NCBI GenBank assembly: GCA_963781085.1
Contig: CAWAES010000048.1
Location: forward strand, 112,606 to 176,605
Origin: an uncultured Actinomycetes bacterium
Lineage (GTDB): Bacteria > Actinomycetota > Actinomycetes > Streptosporangiales > Streptosporangiaceae
Length of the DNA stretch: 64,000 nucleotides
Direction of reading: 5' to 3'
The notes under the pieces are model-generated. The model searched no databases. It was given only the letters and a program-made list of their open reading frames with translations, and had not been told where the DNA came from. How positions within the stretch are numbered: the first letter of the stretch is position 1; the number at the start of each line of letters is the position of its first letter. Shown piece after piece: positions 29,130 through 36,904 of the stretch. Made by a program: the position numbers and the translations under genes.

Positions 29130-29903
29130 CTAGGCGGGGGCGTGACCCAGGTCGTCGGAGCGTCCGGCGTCCAGGCGGGACCACTGGGCGATGGGGCGCC
29201 CGCCCGGCCACGCCTGCACCGGCGTCCAGGCGGGCGGGCCAGCGTCAGTCCGCGTGTTGGAGCAGTGCTGCGGCCAGCCAGGAGGCGAGTCCTCCCACGA
29301 TTCCTGGCGTCCGTACACGGTGAGGTCCATCAGCGCGTAGCTGTAGTCCATCGCCTCGACGCCGCGCCGGGTCGTCCAGTAGGTCTCGAAGACGCGGTCG
29401 CCGTCCCGCAGGTAGCACACCAGATGGAACAAGCCGGCCTGGCGCCCGGACAGCAGCCGGCCGGCGGAGTCCTCCGCGGAGTACCAGGGCATGTCCCAGC
29501 CCATGAAGTCCCGGTAGCGGACGCTCTGCTCGTACGGGCCCTGGGCGAAGGTGGCGTACGTGACGTCCCGCGAATGCAGGTACGACAGCTCGCCGATATG
29601 GGCGTTATAGAAAGTACAGCCCTCACACTGGGCGGCGGCGGGCTGGCCGGGGTGCCACATGAAGTAGTAGGCGATCAGCTGGCGGCGGCCCTCGAACGCG
29701 TCGAGCAGGGTCAGCGGGCCGTGCGGCCCGGTCAGCGTGAGGCTGGCGTCCATCTCGACCATGGGCAGGCGCCGGCGGGCCGCGGCGATCGCGTCGCCTT
29801 CCCGGGTGTGCGCCTTCTCCCGGGCCCGCAGCGTGTCCAGTTCAGCCTGGAAAGTGGCCCGGTCGGCCACCACCGGCAGCCCGGCAGATACGTGGTCGTT
29901 CAT
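29130..29903 (-). CDS. DUF899 thioredoxin-like family protein (paralog)
   Basis: REKAHTREGDAIAAARRRLPM, CEGCT, YWTTRRGVE. Confidence 0.85.
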   Translation of the reverse strand: MNDHVSAGLPVVADRATFQAELDTLRAREKAHTREGDAIAAARRRLPMVEMDASLTLTGPHGPLTLLDAFEGRRQLIAYYFMWHPGQPAAAQCEGCTFYNAHIGELSYLHSRDVTYATFAQGPYEQSVRYRDFMGWDMPWYSAEDSAGRLLSGRQAGLFHLVCYLRDGDRVFETYWTTRRGVEAMDYSYALMDLTVYGRQESWEDSPPGWPQHCSNTRTDAGPPAWTPVQAWPGGRPIAQWSRLDAGRSDDLGHAPA

Positions 29904-29935
29904 GTCTCCTCCAGGGTTCGCGGCTGACGGCGGGC

Positions 29936-30286
29936 TCAGCCGTTGAGGTGGTCGCGCAGGGCGTCGAGCGGGCCGTCCCAGTCGCGGGCCAGCGCGGCCA
30001 GGAACTGCTGCGCCACCTGCATCGGCGCCGAACGCAGCCGGTAGCGCACCCGGCGCCGCTCGCCCGGTTCGGCCGTCACCAGGCCAGCCTCGGCGAGCAG
30101 GGCCAGGTGCTTGGCGATGGCCTGCCGCGTGATCGGCAGGCGCCCGGCCAGGTCGGTGGCCGTGGCCGGACCGCCCTCCGCCAGCGCGGCCAGGATGGCG
30201 CGGCGGCTGGGGTCGGCCAGGGCGGCGAAGACCTGCTCGGCGATCGCCTCAATGTCAGGCGGCATCGAGGTAGTCGACCAGTTCAC
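29936..30286 (-). CDS. ArsR/SmtB-family HTH regulator
   Basis: FAALADPSRRAILAALAEGGPATATDLAGRLPITRQAIAKHLALLAEAGLV. The start may be M8 (30265). Confidence 0.9.
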   Translation of the reverse strand: MNWSTTSMPPDIEAIAEQVFAALADPSRRAILAALAEGGPATATDLAGRLPITRQAIAKHLALLAEAGLVTAEPGERRRVRYRLRSAPMQVAQQFLAALARDWDGPLDALRDHLNG

Positions 30287-30698
30287 CCAGCTCGCTGGCC
30301 CAGCCCTTGGTGTTGCCGTCGTACGCTTCGCGGAAGGCGTCGTCGGTCAGCTGGGCGAAGCCGGACTCGACCACCGTCAGGCGGGTGCCCGAGTCGTTCG
30401 GCTCGAGCGTGAACTCGACGTAGGTGCGGCGCGGGTCGTCGTCGGGCAGACCGTAGATGTGCCAGGTGAAGCCGAACACCGTGGGTTCCTCGACCCGTTC
30501 GATCCGCATGTCGGCGCGGTGACCGTGGTCCCACGTCATCTGGGCTGACCCGCCGGGGCGCAGGTCGATCGTCGCCTGGTTGCCGAACCAGGTGCCCAGG
30601 CCTTCGGCCGTGGTGAGCGCGGCCCACACGGTGGCCGGCGGGTGGGCGATGTCAACGGCCCGCTCGATACGGTCGGGGAACGCCATGAGAGCCTCCAT
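30255..30698 (-). CDS. SRPBCC/Aha1-domain protein
   Basis: IERAVDIAHPPATVWAALTTAEGLGTWFG...GTRLTVVESGF. This is the typical ArsR-SRPBCC operon arrangement. Confidence 0.85.
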   Translation of the reverse strand: MEALMAFPDRIERAVDIAHPPATVWAALTTAEGLGTWFGNQATIDLRPGGSAQMTWDHGHRADMRIERVEEPTVFGFTWHIYGLPDDDPRRTYVEFTLEPNDSGTRLTVVESGFAQLTDDAFREAYDGNTKGWASELGELVDYLDAA

Positions 30699-30702
30699 TG
30701 AG

Positions 30703-30746
30703 TAGCAACTTTCTGGTTGCTATACTATGGCAACCGGCCAGTTGCG
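30703..30746. promoter_or_regulatory. two inverted repeats upstream of the SRPBCC-ArsR operon (likely ArsR operators)
   Basis: TAGCAAC-TTTCTG-GTTGCTA (30703..30722) and TGGCAAC-CGGCCA-GTTGCG (30728..30746). Confidence 0.6.
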
Positions 30747-30805
30747 TCAATCCGGGCCCGGGGACGCCCGCGACGGTGGCCGTCCGCCGTCTGGAGAGCC
30801 CTCGG

Positions 30806-31657
30806 TCAACCAGAACGTTCGCCTGCCGCGCGGAGGGCACCGGGGCGAAGCGGGGTGCCCAGCGTCCGGCTGACGAGAGTGCGGTGGGCGGCGTGCAGGG
30901 TCCGCACCGCCGCCGGGGCGAGGCCCGGCTTGACCGGCGGCTGGCCGCCCCGGGGCCGCCCGGGCTTGACCGGGATCCACAGGTAGCCAGGGTCGCTGCC
31001 CTGCAGCTCGGCGATGATCTCTGCGCGGGCTGCGAGCCACCGGGTGAGGATCGCCACGGCCGGGCCGCTGAGGCGGCACGGACCGTCGGCGAGTTCGACG
31101 CGAGCCTCGCCGTCCAGGTGCAGCGCGCCGACCGCGAGGCCGGCCAGTTCGGGGACGCCCCGCCCGGTGTCGGCGACGAGCGCGGCCACGGCCGCGGTGC
31201 GCAGCGCGATGGCCACGTCGCCCAGGATGGGCAGGCGGGTGGTCAGGTCGTACAGGAGCCGCTGGGTGTCGGCGGGGGTCAGGTAGAAGCCCCGGGCCGG
31301 CGGCTCGTTGTCACGGCGGTCGGGCAGCCCGAGGAACTCGGCGAACGCGTTGTAGGAGCGGATGCGCACCCTCATGGAGTTCGGGTAGGAGGCGGCCTCG
31401 GGGCCGCGCAGCGTGTTGCGGGTGCGCAGCTTGCCGTCGGCTGCGTCGGCGAGCCACGCCGCGGCCCGGCTGGGGTCCATGAGCTCCCCGGCTGTCAGCT
31501 GGCCGGCACCGGCGGCCTGCTGGGCGTGCTGCAGGTACTCCTCCAGGAAGTGCCTGCGGATCCGGCGGGTACTGGCGGCGAACTGCCGGTCAGACAGATG
31601 GCGGGCGAAGTCGTCAATGGCCACGCTGGCCGGCGTGCGGGCGTCCACTTCAGGCAT
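30806..31657 (-). CDS. tyrosine-recombinase/integrase-like protein, apparently lacking the C-terminal catalytic Tyr region
   Basis: A SAM-like N-domain (IDDFARHLSDRQFAASTRRIRRHFLEEYLQ) and a core with ADTGRGVPELAGLAVGALHLD (R...E box). The protein ends ...PLRPGALRAAGERSG just where HxLRH...Y would follow. Confidence 0.5.
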   Translation of the reverse strand: MPEVDARTPASVAIDDFARHLSDRQFAASTRRIRRHFLEEYLQHAQQAAGAGQLTAGELMDPSRAAAWLADAADGKLRTRNTLRGPEAASYPNSMRVRIRSYNAFAEFLGLPDRRDNEPPARGFYLTPADTQRLLYDLTTRLPILGDVAIALRTAAVAALVADTGRGVPELAGLAVGALHLDGEARVELADGPCRLSGPAVAILTRWLAARAEIIAELQGSDPGYLWIPVKPGRPRGGQPPVKPGLAPAAVRTLHAAHRTLVSRTLGTPLRPGALRAAGERSG

Positions 31658-31679
31658 GCCCCGAGCGTATGACGTCACA

Positions 31680-31700
31680 AGCGATAACAGCAAGAAGCCG
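31680..31700 (-). repeat. 21-nt motif, inverted variant copy (minus strand CGGCTTCTTGCTGTTATCGCT)
   Basis: Core GATAACAGCAAGA at 31683..31695, 23 nt upstream of the integrase-like start. Confidence 0.8.
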
Positions 31701-31735
31701 ACGGCTCAGACACGCCGGCACGTTCTTGATGAGCC

Positions 31736-31795
31736 ATGGTCCGGGACGAAACCGGGCCGGACCGGTTCGAGCCGATCTGGTCCGGCCCGGACCAT
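31736..31795. other. cluster of four alternating GGTCCGG/CCGGACC heptamers forming mutually exclusive hairpins
   Basis: ATGGTCCGGG (31736..45), CCGGGCCGGACC (31752..63), GGTCCGGCCCGG (31779..90), CCCGGACCAT (31786..95). The inner pair forms a 12-bp stem with a 15-nt loop. Confidence 0.6.
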
Positions 31796-31832
31796 CCACT
31801 CCCCTGGGCCGGACGGGCCTGCCGTGGCTGTA

Positions 31833-31853
31833 CGAGCGCCTCTTGCTGTTATC
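31833..31853 (+). repeat. 21-nt motif CGAGCGCCTCTTGCTGTTATC, direct copy (identical to 35861..35881)
   Basis: Exact 21/21 match to the 35.86-kb copy, in the same orientation, 4028 bp apart. Confidence 0.9.
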
Positions 31854-31895
31854 GCGCCACGACCGGGGAGAGAGCGGTCCCGTGCCCTGGACGCC

Positions 31896-31916
31896 CGAGC
31901 GCATCTTGCTGTTATC
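31896..31916 (+). repeat. 21-nt motif, variant copy CGAGCGCATCTTGCTGTTATC
   Basis: 20/21 match to the perfect copies. The flanks also resemble the 31.83-kb copy (CCNTGG...CGAGCGC). Confidence 0.85.
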
Positions 31917-31961
31917 AGACGCGGCGCCCGCCGGACAAGAGCCGTCTGCCCGCCTGGCTTC

Positions 31962-32561
31962 TTATCCGGCCTGACGGGCCGCGGCGCGCGCCTGCTCCAG
32001 CTGATCCACGCTGACCGGCCCGGTCCCGGGCAGGCCAGCGGCGGCCCACGCCTGCTGGGCGCGGGCCGTGTCCCCCGCCGCCTCCTGCAGCACGATCTTC
32101 TTCGCCGCGGTGCCGGGCACGGCACCGTCCACGCCCATGTCCATCAGGTGGGCCAGCATCCTGACCGACTGATTCCGCTGCCCGGCCTTCCGCTCGTTGT
32201 AGCGGTAGACCAGGACCCAGCGCCCTTCCAGCGAGCGGGCCCGCTCGATCAGCGCCCGGCCGCGGTCGCTGTCTTTCTGCTCGGTGCGGATCGGCTCGCT
32301 CTCGCCGGACGGCAGCCGCAGCGTGAGCAGCCCGCGGCGGCTCGACTCCTCGATCTCGACCTTCTCCAGGAACGCGACGAAGGTCCGGGCTGACTCCAGC
32401 CGCTCGACGTCCTGCCTGGCCTGCTGGGCGATCAGGTGCAGGTCCACGGTCAGGCTCTGCACCCGGCGGCCCCAGGCTGCCTCGTCGCCGGGGGGACACG
32501 GTCCCGCCGCCTGCGCCGCCGCGACCACCAGGCTGTAGTGGGTGTTGTCCACGCTGCTCAT
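31962..32561 (-). CDS. hypothetical protein, 199 aa, no family recognised
   Basis: Intact track ORF with coherent composition (…RTFVAFLEKVEIEESSRRGLLTLRLPSGESEPIRTEQKDSDRGRALIERARSLEGRWVLVYRYNERKAGQRNQSVRMLAHLMDMG…). It lies 5 nt downstream of the sigma gene stop. Confidence 0.65.
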   Translation of the reverse strand: MSSVDNTHYSLVVAAAQAAGPCPPGDEAAWGRRVQSLTVDLHLIAQQARQDVERLESARTFVAFLEKVEIEESSRRGLLTLRLPSGESEPIRTEQKDSDRGRALIERARSLEGRWVLVYRYNERKAGQRNQSVRMLAHLMDMGVDGAVPGTAAKKIVLQEAAGDTARAQQAWAAAGLPGTGPVSVDQLEQARAAARQAG

Positions 32562-32566
32562 TATCG

Positions 32567-33784
32567 TCAGAGCCCGGACAGCCGGCTGGCGAGAAAACGC
32601 CGTTCCGCCTCGGTCGGCGCGAGGCCGAGGGCCTTCCGGTAGCTCTCACCCGCCTCCGGCGTCCGCCCGGCGCGCCGAAGCAGGTCGGCCCGCGTCGCGT
32701 GCAGCAGGTAGTAGCCGTCCAGCTGCCCGGTCCCGGCGATCTCGTCGACCAGGAGCAGCGCGGCCTCGGGGCCGTCCGCCATGCCGACCGCGACGGCCCG
32801 GTTCAGGTCCACGACCACGCTGGGCGCCACCCGCGCGAGCTGCCCGTACAACCCGACGATCTGCGGCCAGTCGGTCTGGTCCGCGGCGGCCGCGGTGGCA
32901 TGGCACGCCGCGATGGCCGCCTGGATCTGGAACGGGCCGGCCCACTGCCGGCGCAGGGCCCGGTCCAGGACCGCCGTCCCCTCGGCGATCTGGCCGGCGT
33001 CCCAGAGCGAGCGATCCTGTTCGTCCAGGGTGACCAGATTGCCGCTGGCGTCGGTGCGCGCCGGGCGGCGGGCGTCGTGCAGCAGCATCAGCGCGAGCAT
33101 GCCGTGCGCCTCGGGCTCGTCGGGCATCAGCGCGGCGAGCACCCGGGCCAGCCGGATGGCTTCCTGCGCCAGCCGGGTCTCCCCCGGGTGCCCGTAGCCC
33201 TCGTTGAACAGGAGATAGAGGACGTGCAGGACGGCGGGAAGACGTTCAGGCAGCAGGTGCGGGGGTGGCACCCGGAACGGGATGCCCGCGTGCGCGACCT
33301 TCTGCTTGGCCCGGAAAAGGCGCTGGCCCATGGTGCGTTCTGGCAGCAGGAACGCGCGGGCGATCTCGGCGGTGCTCATGCCGGCCAGGCTGCGCAGGGT
33401 CAGCGCCACCTGGGCGTCGAGGTTCAGCGACGGATGGCAGCAGGTGAACATGAGCTCCAGGCGCTCGTCCGGGATCTCGCTGTCCCGGGCGTACGGCGGT
33501 GGATCCGGCTGCATGGCGGCCACCTCCCGCAGCTTCGCCGCCTCGGTCAACGCGCGGCGCATCCGGTCGATGGCGCGGTGCCGCGCCGTCGTGGTGAGCC
33601 ACGCCAGCGGCTCGTCCGGGACGCCTGAGTCCGGCCACTTCTGGAGTGCCTGCGCGAAGGCGTCCTGGGCGCACTCTTCGGCCAGGTCCCAGTCGCCGCG
33701 GGTGAGCCGGATCATGGCGGCCACGACCCGGCTCCACCCGTCGGCGTAGATCCCGGCGATGCGCTCTTGAGCCTGCGTTACCAC
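32567..33784 (-). CDS. ECF-type sigma factor with long C-terminal extension (DUF6596-type), intact paralog of 20880..22135
   Basis: Motifs: AQDAFAQALQKWPDSGVPDEPLAWLTTTARHRAIDRMRR, FTCCHPSLNLDAQVALTLRSLAGMSTAEIARAFLLPERTMGQRLFRAK, HVLYLLFNEGY. Confidence 0.9.
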   Translation of the reverse strand: MVTQAQERIAGIYADGWSRVVAAMIRLTRGDWDLAEECAQDAFAQALQKWPDSGVPDEPLAWLTTTARHRAIDRMRRALTEAAKLREVAAMQPDPPPYARDSEIPDERLELMFTCCHPSLNLDAQVALTLRSLAGMSTAEIARAFLLPERTMGQRLFRAKQKVAHAGIPFRVPPPHLLPERLPAVLHVLYLLFNEGYGHPGETRLAQEAIRLARVLAALMPDEPEAHGMLALMLLHDARRPARTDASGNLVTLDEQDRSLWDAGQIAEGTAVLDRALRRQWAGPFQIQAAIAACHATAAAADQTDWPQIVGLYGQLARVAPSVVVDLNRAVAVGMADGPEAALLLVDEIAGTGQLDGYYLLHATRADLLRRAGRTPEAGESYRKALGLAPTEAERRFLASRLSGL

Positions 33785-33825
33785 TGGTCCCCGGCCTGGG
33801 CGGTCACGCCGGTCCTGGCCAGCTG

Positions 33826-34167
33826 CTAGTCCTGGTCATCAAGCCAGAACGGCCGCAGCTCGATCGCCCCGGCCCAGGCCATCGGGTGCCTGGACGCGAC
33901 CTCGATCGCCTCGTCCAGGTCGGCGCACTCGAGGACGTCGAAGCCGGCGATCAGGTCCTTGGTCTCCGCGTAGGGGCCGTCGGTCAGCAGGACCTCACGG
34001 TTGCGGACCCGCACCGTGGTGGCGTCGCTGGCCGGCCGGGTGCGGTTGCCCATCAGCCTGATCCCCTTGCCGTCCATGTCCGAGACCCAGTCCTCGACGT
34101 CCGGGGCGCCGTCGTCCTGGCCAGGCGTGTAGTCCGGGTCCGTGCAGACCAGCATCAGGTACTTCAT
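33826..34167 (-). CDS. YCII-related domain protein
   Basis: MKYLMLVCTD...LLTDGPYAETKDLIAGFDVLECADLDEAIEVA. Confidence 0.85.
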   Translation of the reverse strand: MKYLMLVCTDPDYTPGQDDGAPDVEDWVSDMDGKGIRLMGNRTRPASDATTVRVRNREVLLTDGPYAETKDLIAGFDVLECADLDEAIEVASRHPMAWAGAIELRPFWLDDQD

Positions 34168-34277
34168 GGTGTTGCCCTCCCTTTTCCGTTTGTCACGCAG
34201 ATGACGAACGGGCCGGACGCTCTACTACCGGTCGGGGTGAAGATTTTTCCCAGCTGCCGTCCTATCTGGTCGCTGCT

Positions 34278-35768
34278 TCAGCGGAAGCGCCGCCGCACCA
34301 TGCCCCGGGGACCGTAGGACATCCAGGCCCCGCCGCCGGGGCCGCGCGACAGCGCCCCGCCGGCCGGCAGGTCGGCCGGGTCCACTCCCACCCCGTGCAG
34401 GGTGCGGGTCACCGCCTGGGCCGCGTCGAGCAGGTCGTCGAGTGCGCGGGCCAGCTGCGCCCCGGTGACGGCGGTCAGCGCCGGGTCGTCCTGCAGTGAC
34501 TCCAGCACGCTCCGCCGGATCAGCTCCTTCAGGAACGACGCCGTGGTGCCGTCGGTGCGCTCGACGGCGAGGTTCACGTCGTCCTCGGTCAGGGCCAGCG
34601 GGACGGCCTGCCCGTAGAGCCGCAGCAGCTGTTCCCGGGCCGGGGCGTCCGGCAGGGCGATCTCGACGGCGACGTCGACCCGTCCCGGCCGCGCGGCCAG
34701 GGCGGGCTCCAGGAGGTCGGCGCGGTTGGTGGTCAGCAGGAACAGCAGGTCGGCGTCGGGGGCCGCCCCGTCCATGGCGTCGAGCAGGTCGAACAGCACG
34801 GGACTCGACGCCGGGCCCATCGAGCGTTCCTCGGCGACGAGGTCAACGTCCTCGAGCACCACGACGGCGGGCTGCAAGGCCCGGGCCAGGTCGGTCACCG
34901 CGCCGACGGCCACCAGGGAGCGTCCGGTCAGCACCAGGCGCGTGTAGCCGCCCATCTGTCCCAGCAGGTAGCGCATGGTGTGCGTCTTGCCGGTGCCCGG
35001 CGGCCCGTACAGCAGCAGGCCGCGCTTGAGATGCTGCCCGGCGGCCAGCAGCGCCGCCCGGTGGCTGGCTACCCCCAGGGCATGCCGCTCGACCCGCGCG
35101 AGCACGGCGGGCGGCAGCACGACGTCGTCGCGGCTGAGCCCGGGCGGGCCGGCGAACGTGAGGACGACACCACCCATCGGGTTCAGCGATACGTCGAGCA
35201 GGTGGCCGCGGTACACGTTGAGCTCGGCCCGCAGCTCGTCCAGCTCGGCGAGCAGGCGCTGGGCCAGGTCCACGGGCAGGCCAGCGACCTCGATCTCCAG
35301 AGCCCCGTGATGCTCGTTCGGGGCCTGGATCATCACGACGTACCGGCCGTTCTGATCGGTCACCAGCAGCAGGGCCAGGCGCAGGCACCCGAGGGTCGAC
35401 CCTGGCCCGTTCGGCAGGTCGGTCAGCGCGGGCGCCGTGAGCCGCAGCGGTGGCAGCCCCTCCCCCGCGACCAGCTGCTGCAGCGACAGGCCCCCGTAGT
35501 GCGGCGGCAGGGCGATGCCGCTCACCTGCACCGTGCGCCCCGCGCGCGCTGACCAGGCGTCGAGGGCGGTCTGCAGGTTGACGTGCTCGAACGGGGGCAG
35601 CTCGCGGGTCACCACCGAGTGCTGCGCGCCATCGGACCCCAGGCTGTCGCGGATCAGCACGGACACCTCGTTGGCCTCGGCGGTGCCGGGCCCGTGAATC
35701 CAGTCCAGGAAGAGGCGGAACGCCGCGGCGAACTCGCGGGCCGCTTCGTCGGGCGCCTGATCGGGCAT
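34278..35768 (-). CDS. AAA+ ATPase with ~230-aa N-terminal domain of unknown function
   Basis: Starts at MPDQAPDEAAREF (M29 of the track ORF). Motifs: LLLYGPPGTGKTHTMRYL (Walker A), VVVLEDVDL (Walker B), LLTTNRADLLEPALAARPGRVDV (sensor/Arg finger). Confidence 0.85.
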   Translation of the reverse strand: MPDQAPDEAAREFAAAFRLFLDWIHGPGTAEANEVSVLIRDSLGSDGAQHSVVTRELPPFEHVNLQTALDAWSARAGRTVQVSGIALPPHYGGLSLQQLVAGEGLPPLRLTAPALTDLPNGPGSTLGCLRLALLLVTDQNGRYVVMIQAPNEHHGALEIEVAGLPVDLAQRLLAELDELRAELNVYRGHLLDVSLNPMGGVVLTFAGPPGLSRDDVVLPPAVLARVERHALGVASHRAALLAAGQHLKRGLLLYGPPGTGKTHTMRYLLGQMGGYTRLVLTGRSLVAVGAVTDLARALQPAVVVLEDVDLVAEERSMGPASSPVLFDLLDAMDGAAPDADLLFLLTTNRADLLEPALAARPGRVDVAVEIALPDAPAREQLLRLYGQAVPLALTEDDVNLAVERTDGTTASFLKELIRRSVLESLQDDPALTAVTGAQLARALDDLLDAAQAVTRTLHGVGVDPADLPAGGALSRGPGGGAWMSYGPRGMVRRRFR

Positions 35769-35860
35769 GACCTGGACCTCCAGCCTCACTGGCCGCCGCC
35801 CACGGCCGGGACACGGAGCCGAGCCTACGCGTGACCCAGCGTTCCGCCGCATCGGTTTTC

Positions 35861-35881
35861 CGAGCGCCTCTTGCTGTTATC
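35861..35881 (+). repeat. 21-nt motif CGAGCGCCTCTTGCTGTTATC, direct copy (identical to 31833..31853)
   Basis: About 95 nt upstream of the AAA+ ATPase start. It is followed by a second TTATC (CACCGGTTATC). Confidence 0.9.
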
Positions 35882-35928
35882 ACCGGTTATCGACGTGGCC
35901 CATCCGCCTGGCTCGTCACGCCGGCCAG

Positions 35929-36330
35929 TCACAGGAGCGCCAGGTCCAGGCCGCGCAGCCGCGCGGGATCAGCGATCACGTCGTACCCGGCGATCCGGCC
36001 GTCCGCCACCGTCACGGTGAGGGCGAGCAGCAGCTCGCCCGGGGGGCGACCACGACACCGACCGCGCCGTTCCCCAGAGCTGGTTCCGCGAACCTCGCGC
36101 GCGGCCCGAGGACCAGCGTCTGCCGCGCGACCGCGCCGGCGCCGCGGACCACGGTCTCGCCGCCCGGTGGCAGCGCCGCCGGGTCGGCCCGCCGGACGAC
36201 GTCCGGGGCCAGCACGGCCAGCAGGGCCGCGAGGTCACCTCGGCGGGCGGCGGCGAGGAAGGCCTCGACGACCTGCTGCTGGCCGCCCAGCTCGGCGCGC
36301 GGGACCGCCGGGCGCCCCGGACCCGCTGCC
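35929..36330 (-). pseudogene. C-terminal fragment of a SigJ-like sigma factor (SnoaL-like domain), frameshifted and 5'-truncated
   Basis: LASRARQRVRGAPA.., ELGGQQQVVEAFLAAARRGDLAALLAVLAPDVVRRAD...GAGAVARQTLVLG...NGAVGVVVAP, then a shift in the run GCCCCCCGGG to GELLLALTVTVADGRIAGYDVIADPARLRGLDLALL, stopping at 35929. No regions 2-4 lie upstream. Confidence 0.6.
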
Positions 36331-36379
36331 GTGCCCGGCTGGCGAGGTTCCAGGAGGTGGCCCTGGGATCCGCGGCCCC

Positions 36380-36683
36380 GCGACCGTGGCCCGAGGATCC
36401 CCCCGGGAACGAGGAGGACGAGGACGCGCCCGTACACGACCACCGGCCGCCGGACGTCGTGTTCGCCTTCTACCGGGACCAGATCAGCCGGGCGAACGCC
36501 GTTGTGGCCACGACCCCGCTCTCCGCGCGGCCGGTCGGCCGGCACAACCGGGAGGGCACTGAGCACGTGACCGATCTGCGGACCATCATGCTGCACATGA
36601 TCGAGGAGACGGCCCGGCACGCGGGGCACCAGGACGCCGCCCGCGAGCTGCTCGACGGGCAGACCGGTCTCGGCCCCCGGTAG
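36380..36683 (+). pseudogene. C-terminal fragment of a DinB/DUF664-family gene (5'-truncated)
   Basis: …VVFAFYRDQISRANAVVATTPLS...VTDLRTIMLHMIEETARHAGHQDAARELLDGQTG (compare 5415..5955). No credible N-terminal half is present in any frame. Confidence 0.6.
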
Positions 36684-36904
36684 TCCCGGCTCAGGCCGTC
36701 AGTCCGCCGCTGGCTGTCCTTGACCCTCCTGAACATCACCATGACCTGCATCTTGCGCTGCCGATCGAGAGTCTTGAGCCGGGCCATGGCTTCCTGCGGC
36801 GTGCGGGCTCCGTAGCGGATACGTAGATTTCGGGGGCGCAGGCCACCACGGGCGCACCGCGGCGCCGCCACCGGGATCACCGGCCGCGGCACCGCGGGGG
36901 CCGG

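Noticed and set aside
31752-31790. GGTTCGAGCC resembling a tRNA T-loop next to the integrase-like gene, possibly a tRNA 3' fragment or att site.
   Set aside because: The flanks do not form a 5-bp T-stem or an acceptor stem, and no CCA-proximal sequence follows. The motif sits in the loop of a 12-bp hairpin instead.
31680-35881. Whether the four copies of the 21-nt motif could be a CRISPR-like array.
   Set aside because: There are only four copies, one of them inverted, with irregular spacings of 42 nt to 4 kb. Protein-coding genes lie between them and there are no cas genes.
36690-36900. Minus-strand fragment RNLRIRYGARTPQEAMARLKTLDRQRKMQVMVMFRRVKDSQRR in lower-GC DNA, possibly a transposase or antitoxin remnant.
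   Set aside because: I recognise no family signature, and the ORF context is junk on both sides. It is left unannotated and mentioned only within the junction finding.
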